A stretch of 64,000 bases of DNA from a virus: positions 32,001 through 96,000 of the IMG/VR virus record IMGVR_UViG_3300025093_000009; one strand, 5' to 3'. The notes beneath the pieces are model-generated. The model was given only the letters and a program-made list of their open reading frames with translations. It made no database searches and was not told where the DNA came from. A program made the translations under genes and the position numbers. This document shows positions 41,101-53,400 of the stretch, piece by piece. Within the stretch, counting starts at the first letter, position 1; every line of letters starts with the position of its first letter.

Positions 41101-41407
41101 TGGTTATGCTGATTATACAATACCAAATGATAATGGTATTACCCCAACAGTACAATATAGAGTTATTAAGAATGGTACTAATGACTATGTATTAAATGCT
41201 GATGTAAATATGTATATACCTTATGAAGAAGGTGTTGAACGCCAGGGTGATTACCGTACACAATCTATAACTTATAATTTTGATATGAGTCAAGGTTTGC
41301 GTGGTTTAGAAGAACAAATGGCAAATCAAAGAGCATATTTTGATCAGGTTAGATTACAAAACCAATTGCAACGTAAAAGAGATGAAGCTCAATACGGCAA
41401 CAAATAA
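38120..41407 (+). CDS. Large virion cargo/ejection protein
   Basis: 1095 aa, helical N-half; directly upstream of vRNAP. Confidence 0.6.
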   Translation: MSTYIKGADTYLPEIKPFTPDYKFLSAVLDTRQDKYDTNFKATNDLYNKVVYADLSRQDTRDRRDQYAEQIAPHIEKISGMDLSIAANVEAAKGVFAPFYEDDLTVKDVMFTAAYRDQMQRADNLKNSPNVDVADKWWDVGVRAMQYQMDEFMNSSADDALRQGLPEYVPDADLFKMSQKILEEMDPPLKMKMDRFALVDNPKFNPNKPEGPGNLRKINNTDWIITEQNGTLVTGAALQQIRNRLMNHPNVQRAYQTKAYVMGMDFATDAVKNGAASSLKAGQEMWANETIRRITAINDKRLPQALQDLAAAERAAVTWDSYKLTNGLVEGSEIDQLHNEELSDIEAYKRDIENMKKIQDEGNLPASDSLAGTLNRAYSMLMQHDIMNDMMESAQAFSARDYEYTMRENQYAVDEKRHLYDMAEIKARAINAMNLEKFKQDREDARMREKIARENAALNNPLNAALQGNNVTIGDAQSIDVATKDGEATQNVDMIQRSNSQYIEADQKLATTQVDDILNMMQLMNPKGDNSSQDQTFGIMLPGDEPGTVEEYRGTIENIKRKLLTRNTTTVDGKEVPGDFKYRNVINDIFTEKNNVFVDTRLQTKNNPNLTLGPEGQTMYDDLYNKMNGPGGTLTQMKGVDAFITDTYEKYEKVYNDEIVQLVQTEDRHVKNLMQNGNMPGLFLNGVPFASKEEYIKYVVQGVEKGEILNVDLDWKWDTGTSNTDYKIPATQTRYTEYGTQSFPVYNEDGSRKYEIDMSAVESEAGMVYDALKTKLNAKLTGQLGDNFVGGDFNSARYGFGGAYSDVVSSPTYNYSLNPLTSNPGAEAEMINLVNQLNYLEKDNKAYGLGYGKLNKEKELLEKNALAVKVWSLYKEDLQTWYGNPKRSNTDAIAPVATLRYKPVFDIASKADKTHAGYEIVFSPEWLASKVSGPASDQYGALTSNEVKLLQGVGDDNEGAGIFMVYDQNFDQNMKSNNTSFYSPTEIDIVSGTNGYADYTIPNDNGITPTVQYRVIKNGTNDYVLNADVNMYIPYEEGVERQGDYRTQSITYNFDMSQGLRGLEEQMANQRAYFDQVRLQNQLQRKRDEAQYGNK

Positions 41408-41418
41408 ATAAGAGACAG

Positions 41419-44400
41419 ATGGAGAATCAATCTAAAACGCCATTAAATAGCGCTATTGAACAATCTCAGAGACCTGCCCCACAGAGTATTATACCTGAAG
41501 GGCAGTTCAAGTTTACCCCTATTGAGGAAATGTTTGAAACCCCAGAGGAGATAAACACTAAGAATGTTCTAGCAGATCCAGACTTTTATGCTGGTTTAAA
41601 TGCTGCTAAGCCAATGATTGATAAGTATGGCATTAATGCTATGGCTAGTTTAGGTGTTGCTCCAAGCTATTCTTCAGATACATTTAATCCAACAGACCAA
41701 GAGAAACCATTAGATATTTATGATGTTGCAGGAAACATGAAAGCTGCAATGACTTTAACTCCAAAGTCTCAGGCTGAAGTTCCTGTTTCTCCTACCTTTT
41801 CTGGTGCAAGGCAAACTCAATTTATGAGATACTATGAGCATCCAGAGTTTGATGATTTAGGATATTCTCCTACTTCAAGTATGGAAAACTACTATAACGC
41901 AAACTCAACTATTTGGGATGACTTTACTAGAATGCGTAGTCAATGGTGGAGTGTTGCAGCAGGTGGTTTTGCAAGTGTATATAACTCATATGGTAGCTTA
42001 TTTAGTGGAAATTATTTAGAGCCAGATTTAGATGGTGCTAGTGATTACGCTGATGCTATGGGTATTATGTCTAGTTCAAGAGATGGGGCATTAGCATTTA
42101 CAAATAATTTATTTGCTAACTCTGCATACACTATGGGTATTATTGGATCTGTAGCATTTGAAGAACTTTTATTAGCAGGAGCCACATATCTTTCTGGTGG
42201 TTCTGCTGCACCTGTAGCTGTTGCTAGAACAGGTTTTAATATTGCAAAATTAGGTAAAGCAATATATAGAATAAAAGATATAGGTAAATATTCAAGAACT
42301 ATTTTACAACAAGCAAGAAATCTAGATACTGCAAGAGATTTTTGGACTGCTGCTAAAAGTGGTGGTAAAGTAGTAGCTAATGGATTAGGTAATGCATTTA
42401 CTCCAAATAGTGTAGCAGCAATTAAATCTTTAAAGACAGCAAAGAATACAGGTCAAAACTTATCTAATATGGCCAAAGCATCTGTTGCTTTTGGTGGATT
42501 TTATAGAGATATCCAAATGGTAAACCTTGCAATGGCAGAAGCTAAGCTAGAGTCAGGTATGGTATACAATGATGTAATGGCTCAAGGTATGAATGACTTG
42601 AGTGCACAAAAAGGTGGTAAAGCATTAACTGAAGAAGAAGTAGCAAGAATACAACGTAGTGCAGATAAGGCACAATTTTACACCTTAATGGCAAATGCCC
42701 CATTAATTTATGCAAGTAACTGGTTTGTGTTAGGTACTGCATTTCGTGGATTCAAAGGTGCCATTGCTAAATCATTAGGTAACACTTTTGCCAGTGGTGT
42801 ACAAAAAGGTATAGTTAATACTGCTGGTAAAAAAGCAGTAGATAGTGCTGGTAAAAAGATTTTAAGTCCTTTTAAAAATGCTGGCCGAGGTTGGAAAGGT
42901 TTTACAGCAAAAGTAAAAGCAGGTGGTTGGAGAGGTTTAGTTGGCTCAGGTGCATTAGCAAGTTTAGATTATTTTGCTGCGAATATTGCAGAAGGTGTTC
43001 AAGAGGTTGGTCAAGAAGCTATAGCAGCAGCAACTAAAGGTTATTATGGAGAAGTAATAAAAGATCCTACTGCAGGTGGTGAGGCACTACAAAAAGAAAT
43101 GATGTTGTCTGCAATGGGTAGTCAATTTTCAGAAGAAGGTTTAGAAGTATTTATGTCTGGTTTTCTAATGGGTGGGTTAGTTAGTCTGCCCCAGAAAGCA
43201 TTTTTCCAGGGTGTACCTTCAATTTATAACTATGGTTTATTTGGTATGGGTACCAAAGCACAAAAAGAAGCCTATGCTGAGCATAAAGCCAATAGAGAAG
43301 AATTTATAAATAACCTTGTTGAAGTATACAATAAAGCATGGGATAATCAAGCAATTGATCCAACAGAGATGCTTGATCCAAATAAAATGAACTTTAATAT
43401 ACAAAAACAAGTTGCTGAAAACATGAAGCAAAATGTATATTCTAAAGATTTATTTGGTTTTATTGATCAAAAAGATTTTGCTAAGTTTCAACAATACTAT
43501 ACAATATTTGCGGGTGGTAAGGCTAGTGCGTTTAGAAATCAAATAGAAGCATTCCAAAAATTATCTGATGAAGAATTATCAGAAGCATTTCCTGAGTTAA
43601 CCAAGGATGAAATCAAAAGTGGTAAAGCACGTGAGCGTATGCAAGACACTCTTGACCGTATGGATAAAGCAGAGAAAATGTTTTTTGAGGTTGAAGAAAA
43701 GTTTCCTAATCCTTTTGATAAAAAGAAGTTCAATAGAAAAACTCAACCACGTGAGTATGAACAAGAAGCATATAGACAGGCTGCTTATGAGCATGCTAAG
43801 TATTTATATATGTTTACTAATAGCACGTTTGTTAGAGCAACAGAAAGAGCAAATGATTTATTTAGTAGACTAGAAAGTGAGCCTTTGTTTGATGGAATGG
43901 CTGCTAAAGATTTAACTGTGCTATTAGATGTTGACTCTATTGATAGAGAAATAACATTGTTAACAGCAGAGATTGCTGCTACAAAAGGGGCTGATCAAGG
44001 TATTGGAGAAACAAATAAAGTAAAAGCTGAAAAAATTAAAAGACTTCAAGCTTTTAAAAAGTTTGTTAGTGATCCTAAGTTTACAAAGAAAGATGGTTCT
44101 TTTGATAGAAGAAGAATGAATGCTTTGAGAAGAGAGTTTAGAAACTATGTTAGATACATGGCTTCTACTTCTGGTGCTTTTGTAAGTGAAGATGCTATGA
44201 ATGAAGCTCTTGATATGATAGTAGATTATGGTGCCTTAAAAGGTAGACAGAAGACCTATTATAAAGCATTGGAGTATTTGGGTAACCCAGAAAGAATAGC
44301 AGAAATATCTGATAGACAATATCAAGTAAACAAAGAGTTAGGTGATAGACGTGCTGAGTTAGTTAGAGAAGCAGCAGAACAATATACAGATATTATTGAG

Positions 44401-47400
44401 GCAAATGAATTAGTAAACCAACTTGGAAAACTTGGTATATATCCTGATTTAGTACAGGTAAGTGCATTTCTTAAAACTGGAAATGCAGATTACTTAACAG
44501 ACTTTTATGATGATTATGGTTATGTAGATCCAAAAAATAATAAAGCAAGGTATGATCAAATAGAAAGACTTTTAAATGCTTACAAAGAAACAAGAAGAGA
44601 AAAACAAACAGAACAAGCAGAAAAAACTGAAGAGGATATTGCGTCAGAAGCAGCGGAAGAAACGAGAACAGCTTTAGATCAAATTCTTGATGATGCTGGT
44701 TTACCTCCTATAGATATTGATAGTAGTAGGATAACACCTATGTTAGATGAGATCCTAAGAAATCAGTATAGAAAATATGCAGCTCAACAGGCATTGCTAG
44801 ATGGTGAACCTCTTAGTCCAGAAGAATGGAATAACAGTAAGCAAGCTAAAAATATTAAAGCAACATTTATTGCAATGAAAAAAGTTTGGGCAGCTGGACC
44901 AATGACAGCTGATCCAAATGGCAATGTTATGTATAATAAGCCTGTAGAAAAACAGTTCTTAGAAACTGATGAGGGTTTTGCAGAGTTTTTATCTTCTCCT
45001 GATAGATTGGCACAAACACCAATTTTAACAACTGTATTAAATCAATCTGACTTAACGTTAAATGATTTTGTAGAACTAGAGGATATAGATGTTACAGAAG
45101 GTGAGGCTTTCCAGGGTAATCAAGCACAAACTGTATATAAAGAAGGACAAACTGCTAATGTTATTGAGTATACTATCATAGATCCTCAAACAGATGCAGT
45201 AACTAAACAATACCGTATACTAGATAAAAAAGGTAATGAACTATCTAAGGAACAAATAGAATTCTTAGATAGTAATTATGGATCTGTATTTGGAACATTC
45301 TTAGATGCGTCAAGAGCAAAAGAAGCATTAGTAATGGGCTTAGATGCAAATGTACCTGATTCAGCACCATTTGCTTTTGATGGTGTTACTGACTTACATC
45401 AAGGTATGCAGGTGATGAAAGATGGTATTAAATATATTATCTTAAGTACTCCAAAGCAAGCAGCAAAAGGTGTATTAAGAATTATTGATGTAACCAAGAA
45501 AAACGGAACTAAAAAAGAAAAAGATAAAGCTACTGTAAAAGTATATCCTGGACAGTTTAATGGATCATACATACCTATTGTTGCTGATTTTAGTTTATTA
45601 TCAGACAACGTTAGTAGAATCAAAAGTCAAGATTTATTTACTATGTATCCTCACGTCACTTATGGTGGGGTAACTGATTTGGATGAGCGTAGAGCTATTT
45701 TAGCACAAGCTAAAGAAAGCTTTAATTATATTATGACACAACTATCTCCAAAACAAATGGAAAGTTTAGAGTTAGTTGTTATGCTAGATCCAAAAGGCGG
45801 TACATTAACACAAGATCAATTAGCTGTTGAAGACATTGCTGGTAATAAATACGGTGAATCAAATCCTTTAATTAAAAGATATAGAAGTAAATATTACATA
45901 GGAATTAGATTGGGTAGTGAAGATCTAAGACAAGAGCTTCTTAACAATTGGCCTGAAGATATAACACCAAGTATTAGCTCTGATGGTATCTTTGGTTATA
46001 TAAATACAGATGCATACTCAATATTTGATCAAGAAACAAGACAAGAAATTGATCCTAGAAACATGAATTCTAGACAAGCTTCTAATACTGTTTTACCTAT
46101 TAAATCTAATGAGTTAACTAAAGATGAAAAGCTAGAGGCTGTTAGAAAAGCCTTTACATTAAATGCTTTAATTAGTCAGACATTTGACTCATATGATTTT
46201 ACTGATGGCCCATTATATTTTCAAAACGGTACACTACCATTTACAATTTCACTAGATGTAAAAGGTGGAAGAGTTGTTTTTGATAAAAAAGATAAAAAGC
46301 TAGATGCACTTGCTTATAACACAGCAGATGATGCAGGTAATATTTTTGTTTTTAACTTAAGAGCTAATCCTGAAGTAGCTGGTACTAGAACTTTAGATTA
46401 TAATACAACAGCACAAGGAGATGAAAGGGTAAAATTATTTGATGATATTATAGCTGGTTTAGATCTGCAAAATCAAGCAAATATATTAAGCGGACCTGAT
46501 AGATATGTTGCTATTGTAAAATTACCAAATGGTAAGTATGCTAAAGTAAATCTTAAACCTACTAGTTTAACAGAGGAGGAAAGAAATGCTTTATTTGTTA
46601 AAGTTGTAGATAAAGCAATAACAGTAGGTAAGATTACTGATGAAGCTAAAGCAACAGAAGAAGCATATGATTTTAATAATAAAATAGATCTTGAAGATCT
46701 GTTTATTAGTTCTGTACCAGGAAATCACATTGAGTTAAAAGTTGGAAAAGATGGTAGTATATTTTTCTCATTAGACAATAAACAACTTGAAGAGACTATA
46801 AACATAGGTCTTACACCTGAAGAAGTAAATTCAACTGATACACAGCAAGAAAAGTTAGAAACTCTTATTAGTAAATTTAATGAGGATGCCCGTGTTAAAG
46901 CTGCAAAAGCGGTCCTTAAACCAAAGAACTTTAGAAGAACATTTAGCAATGAAGCTAAGGTTGAAACTATAGTAGAAAACTCTACAACACAAGTTGATCC
47001 AAAAGTTATAACAGGACAAACTATTATTGTTGGTGCTAGCTCAGAAGCATTACAAAGTGCTGGTAATGTACCTTTTATTCCTAGATCTAAAAGACAGAAG
47101 GTAGAAAGTCAAGAGGAAGTAGAAAATAGTAAGAGACCAGAAACTGCAGAAGAAGCAGAAGAAAGTGTATTAGATCAATCTGATGCAGAGTTTAATGACA
47201 ACTTATCAAATGATTTTGCAGATAATCAAGAAAGTATTGATCATTTAATAAATAAAATTTTAAGAGGTGAAGAACTTTCTCCACGTGAAGAAGAGATGAT
47301 GAACAACTCTGTTATTGCAAACAGTGTTAATTTTAAAGTTGCAACATTGGGTGGTCCTGGTTCTATGAGTACTTCAACTGAAACTCCAAAGAAAGAAACA

Positions 47401-50400
47401 AAATTAGATGAAGTAAAAAGAGATATAGAAAACTTAGAAAGAGAACTTACAGAAGGTTTATCTGGAAAAGAAAAGTATAAAGCTTTAGATGAAAGTAAAG
47501 AATATCAAAGACTTCTTAAACTACGTAAGTCACTAGAGAGTGGTGCTAATAAACTTGTTGGTGCTACTACAGAAGTGCAAAGAGTAGAAGATTACAATGA
47601 ATTCTTAGATTGGGCAAGTGCAAACTTACCTGATAACTTCTCTATAGAAGATCTTACTACTATAGCGGATAATGGTGTAAACGCAGGTTACCAAAGAGTT
47701 GGTGCTTTTGTTTTAAATCTTAACCGTATAGCAGGAGGGATTACAGTGGATGGTGTAATCTACACTAGTGCAACAAGTCCATTTAAATATCATGAGGCTT
47801 TTCATGGTGTATTTAGAATGTTACTATCACAAGAAGACATAAATAAATACAGAAGGATTGCTAAAAGAGAAGTAAAAGCTAAATACGGCAATAAATACAA
47901 AGAGACTCTAGAAAGATTTAGAAACAGCGCTGAGAAGTATCAGGGTATGACTCAAGAACAATTAGAAAATGAGTTTGCTGAAGAGTACATGGCAGATGAG
48001 TTTGAAAAGTTCAAGATGAATCCTAAGTCTAGTAAGACAGATGCAGATGTAAAGAATCTATTTACTAGAATTATTGAGTTTATAAAAGCAGTATTCTCTA
48101 GATATACTACTAATGAATTACAAACACTATTTGAAAATATAGATTCAGGTAAGTATAGAGATGCTAATCCACAGACAAATGAGTTTACAACGTTAGATGA
48201 TAGTCTAAGTGGTAATATGAGTATTGCCAATGCATTAATTAGATATGATTCTAAACAAGAGACTAGAACCGGTAATGATGTAGGATATTTATATTTAGAT
48301 ACAGATATAGCAGATACTATTGTCAGATCTATGGCAGCTATGTTTGTAAAGCAAGTACAAGATTTAAAATTATTAGGAGAAGACCAATTTAGTCCACAAT
48401 CAATGATGGATGATCTTTTACTAGAATTCAGATTATTATATGATACATCTAGTATACACAATGCTGGTATACAAGGACCAAAAAGAGAAGTACTCCAAAC
48501 AATTGAAGATGCTTTCAAAACATATCCAGAAGACATTAAAAAAGAAGTATTAGCATTAGTTAACATTATTGCAGACATGCCTGCAAATAAAGAACTAAGA
48601 ATAGATGAAACTGAAGACACATTAGGATTAAGATCTGTTAGTGAGTTTGATAAAGAGGCTTCTATGATAGGTGGGTTTAACTCTTTAAGTTTTAAACTGC
48701 GTTCATATATTGCTACTACAACTATGGCTGAGACAGACTACTTTGGTAATAAGACATTAGCAAATGGTCAAGAGTTAATTGTTCCAGTTAAATTTAATGA
48801 AGTCTATAATGGTTTACTAAAAGCTGTAAAAAATACAGAGAGCCATGTAGATATGTTGAAAAGAGCATATTCTTTTTCTAGATTAAATCCTCAGATGAAG
48901 GCTGTTGTTGACAGACTTCTAAATGATGTTGGTGTAACACCAGAAGAATTGAGTTCTGATGCTCCATTAGCTAATGTAAAAGACGGTGCTTTATTGCAGT
49001 CAATATTAAAAGGTTTCCAAAATAGTAGACTAGATTACATATTTGTTGAAAGAGACAGCAGTGGTGGTATACTTATTTATAAAGCTACAGATAGAGATAA
49101 TGTTAATTCTCAATTAGACCAGTGGTCTCAAGCTTATATTAATAGAAGGAAGTTATATACTAGTGATCCAAATAGAAAGATACGTTTAGTTGATCTTGTA
49201 AAATCCATACAAGAAGATATGGACTCTGACACAGGAAGCTTTGTGGATATGCAAGCAAAATCTAAAAACTATACAGAAAGACTTTTTGACTTAACAGGTT
49301 TAAGAATTAGTCCTCTATATATGTTATACACTTTAGGTCAGACTATACCAGCAGCAAATAGAGATCCTCAAACACAAATTCTTATTGATGGTTTTTCTGA
49401 ACAGTCACCAATGTCATATACATTACTGACTGAATTAAATCAGGCTTTCCAACAAAATAGAAATATATTTTCTAAAAGCCAAGCGGGTTTATCTTCTAGA
49501 CTTGCAACACTAGCTGTTCAAAACGCAGCATTTGATGAGTCAGTTGGTGCCACATCTTTTGTTAATCCAAACAATGATTTGGTTTTTGCTCATCAACTAC
49601 CAACGTTGCATACTAGAGCAATACAAAGTTTGAATAATGAGGAAACAATAAAGAATCTAGAGGCTGATGACTTCTTAAAAAACAATTACTTATTAAATAA
49701 TGAAGCATTTAGAAATCTTTCTAAAGAACAAAAGCTTCAAGTAATAAGACTTGCAGGTAGTAAAATTAAAGATAAGATTTTAGAAGATGGTTCTGAAACA
49801 AATGAGGATCTGTTAAATTCATCTTTAAAACCTAATAAAGCTACACAGGCTTTTGGTGAGTTCACTCCACAAGAGTTTGCTTTAGAGTTAATCAATTTAT
49901 ATACTGCTGAATTTAATACTAGAAGTGGTGTTGTATCTTCTGTAGAAGGTTTGGGTAAAACTCAAGTTGGTTTGTCTCCTACTTTTATTAGAGTTATGGA
50001 GGCTTCAAACACTGGTGATTTGGTAACACTACCTATAATTAAGGCTGTTACAATGAAAGGTGACAAGGTAGAACTTACTCCTCAACTTATCAATGTGTTT
50101 TATTCTAGTATAGAAAATGAATACTTAAGAATAGCAAGAGAAGCAAGAAGGTTATCAGTATTTGAAAATACAGGAGTTGATCCCGAAGGATTATCAAACA
50201 TCCAAGGTTATAATGACAGTAGAGAAGGTAGAGCGTTTAGTTTCTTTAACAATGGTAATGTATTTGATGGGGCAACTCAAGATGCTTTAGTTGAAGAAGC
50301 TTTTAGATCTGTTGAGTCAGATAACCCAGCTTTAACTCTTAATCAAGCACTTAAGGGGGCTGGTAAAACACCAGCTTCTGTAAGAGCAGATATTAAAAGA

Positions 50401-53400
50401 AATTTAAAACAAGCATTCAAAGATTTTGATGCTATGCTTAATGAAATGCAAATTAAAGATTTGTTATCTGAGCAAGTAAAATCTGGTTTAACAATAGCAC
50501 AAGGAGTTCAAAGATCTGAAGTAACTATTTCAGAAGCAAGATTAAATCTGAATAGTAATATGAATCATAACTTGCAACAGATATTTTTTAATAACTGGGT
50601 AAACTCAAGATCTATCAATGAATTAATACTAGGTGATCAGGCTGTTTCTTTAAAGGGTATGGTTGATAAAGTTAAAAGAGCAAAGCTTAATAATGCTGCA
50701 TACTATAGTGCTTACTCAGAAGTTACAGATAACAATCTAGGTATATTCCATCCAAGCAAATCATTTAATATGTTTGCTTTTTCTGAGCCACAAGCATCAT
50801 CAACTATTACAGGAAACTCAATTGATAGAGCAGATGCACAAGCTTATATTACGGCTAAAGGATCAAGATATACTATGTTTGGTTTTGGTAGGTTAAGTCC
50901 TGCTATGGCAGAAATGTATGATACAATAGATGTTGGTAATGAAGTTACAGGTGATAGAATATTTGGTCAAAACACTGAATCATATAGTTTGGCTAAGAAT
51001 CAAGACTTAATTAACTCTAAGAAGTATGTATATATGGATGGTCAGACAGCAGTTAAAATGTCTGTTACTGTATTAACAAAAGAATATACTTCAACGCAAC
51101 AAGATGGTGTTTGGGTTCCTAAACCTAATATGGAAGAGTTACATTACTTGAGAGAGCAAATGGAACAAGCTGAGGCTGATAGTGAAACTTTTAGCATGGC
51201 AGCTCCTGAGTCCGCTTTAAAAATGATGAAGCAAAATGTAAATACTCTAACACCAGAAAGTACATTTGATACAAATAGTGATTTAGAGTATACTACTTTA
51301 AATACTCAATTCTTAGGATTACAAGTTATTAATCCAAGTAACAAGTTAGTAATTACTGATCCTTCACAGATTAAATCATTAATTACATCAGAGCATTTGC
51401 TTAAAGATGAAAATGGTAAAGATATTAAGGTTACCATATTTGGTCAAAGCTTACCAATATCTAAAGTTATTGATGCTTATAATACAGCTGTCTCAGAAAG
51501 GGTAATGTTGAATTATAAGAACAAAAGAAATTTAGTCTTTACTTTTGATGCTGCTCAAGATGAGTTTAGTTTATCAAAAGCCAAAGGTTCAATAACACCA
51601 AACTTAGCAGCATTTTTAGATTATGCAGTTGCAGGTTTAAAGGCTAGTGGTGCTAGCTCAAACCTATTAGAGTTTTTCTCAACTGAGGATGGTCAGCAAA
51701 AGTATAATCTTAATAATCCAATTACTGCTGCAAAGTTTCAGCAATTGTTTTTAACATACTTTAGTAGAGGTGTATTTAAAGAATCATCTCCTGGTTTGTC
51801 ATTATCCCTTGTTTCTGACTTTGGACATAAGATATATAGAAGAGTATATGAAGTAGAAATAGTAGATGGTGTAACTATACCAGTAAGATCTGAAGTAATT
51901 AGAGAAAGAAATTGGAAAGGAACAAAAGATGACTTGACAGATTTACAAGAGCTTACATCAAACAATATACCTAGTGAGGGTATAGTTGTACTAGATGATC
52001 TTAGAGTAGGTGTTATGGAATACACTGATCCTAAAGACCCAAGTACTGCAACAGGTCAGAGATATTCTGAATCAATTACATCACCACATAACTCTGAAGT
52101 ATTAGAATTAATTGCTAATAGTGATAGAGCTATTCCAGATGTTGTTGCAAAAATGTTTGCTGTACGTATTCCTTCACAAGATAAGCACTCAGCAATGGCA
52201 ACAAGGATTGTAGACTTTTTACCTGCATACTATGGATCCTCTGCAATGTTCCCTAAAGAATTAGTAGAAATATCTGGTGCTGACTTTGATATAGATAAAG
52301 TATATACTGTAACAAAAGAGTATTATGTCAAAGATGGTGAGTTTATTGAGTACACTGACAGTTATGAAGATTATGTTAGATATGTAAACAATAAGGTTAA
52401 TGAAACTGGTACTACTCTTTCTGAAGCTGCAAGACTATATAAAGATGATGTCTTAGCTGCAAAATTAGATAATAGTATTACTGAAACAGAGCTTAACATT
52501 GTAACAGATAAAGAAGCAGGAGATAAAAGAATTAGTGAAGATGGTTGGAAAGCAATGTTAACTTTAGGCTTACCAATAACAGAAGCACAATACAATGATT
52601 ATGTAAAAAATAATGGAGTTCCTTTTGAAGCTCCGTTAAATAATAGAGTTGTTGATACTAGATATGCTTTAGTGTCTCATCCTGGTATGACTGAATTAGT
52701 TAAAGACAAGAATGCTAACGATAAAAGAAATACACCAATTGCTTATCAAGCAGCTGATTTAGAAGTTCTTGAAACTGCATTATCTGAATTAGTTGAGATG
52801 GAAGGTGTTCAGCTATTTAAAGATAGAGTAAATGAGGGACAGCAAGATGTAGATAATTTTACAGGAATGGTTAGGTCTTTTGAAGCTAACAAAGGTGCTG
52901 CAATTGGTCCTATTGTAAAGATTAATCAAAATTTAAATCTACTTACAGAATATAAAATATCTCTTAATAGACCTATATCTATAGATGGAAAACCATATCA
53001 AAGTTATAGTGTAGATTATATTGGTAATGATAGAAAACAAGATATAGTTTCTGCATTAATTACTGCTATGACAGATAATGCAAAAGAAAGATTAGCAAGA
53101 AAGCTTGGTTTAAATCCAAGTAGTATTGGTGCTGTAGGTAATATGATTGCACTTGGTATCCCTCTTGAAACTTCTTTAATGCTTATTAACCAAGCAGAAA
53201 TAAGAGATATATATACTCAAGCTTTTAACAAAAAAGATAAGTTTGAACCAGGTGTAAAGAAACTTTTAAATATAAAGATTGCAAAATTATTAAATAGCTT
53301 AGAAGAATCTGAAAAGAAAAAGCCTGTAAGATTAACAAGAGAATTGTTTGCAAAAGGTATTGACTCAGTAGATAACCAAACAGATAGAGAAAAATTACAA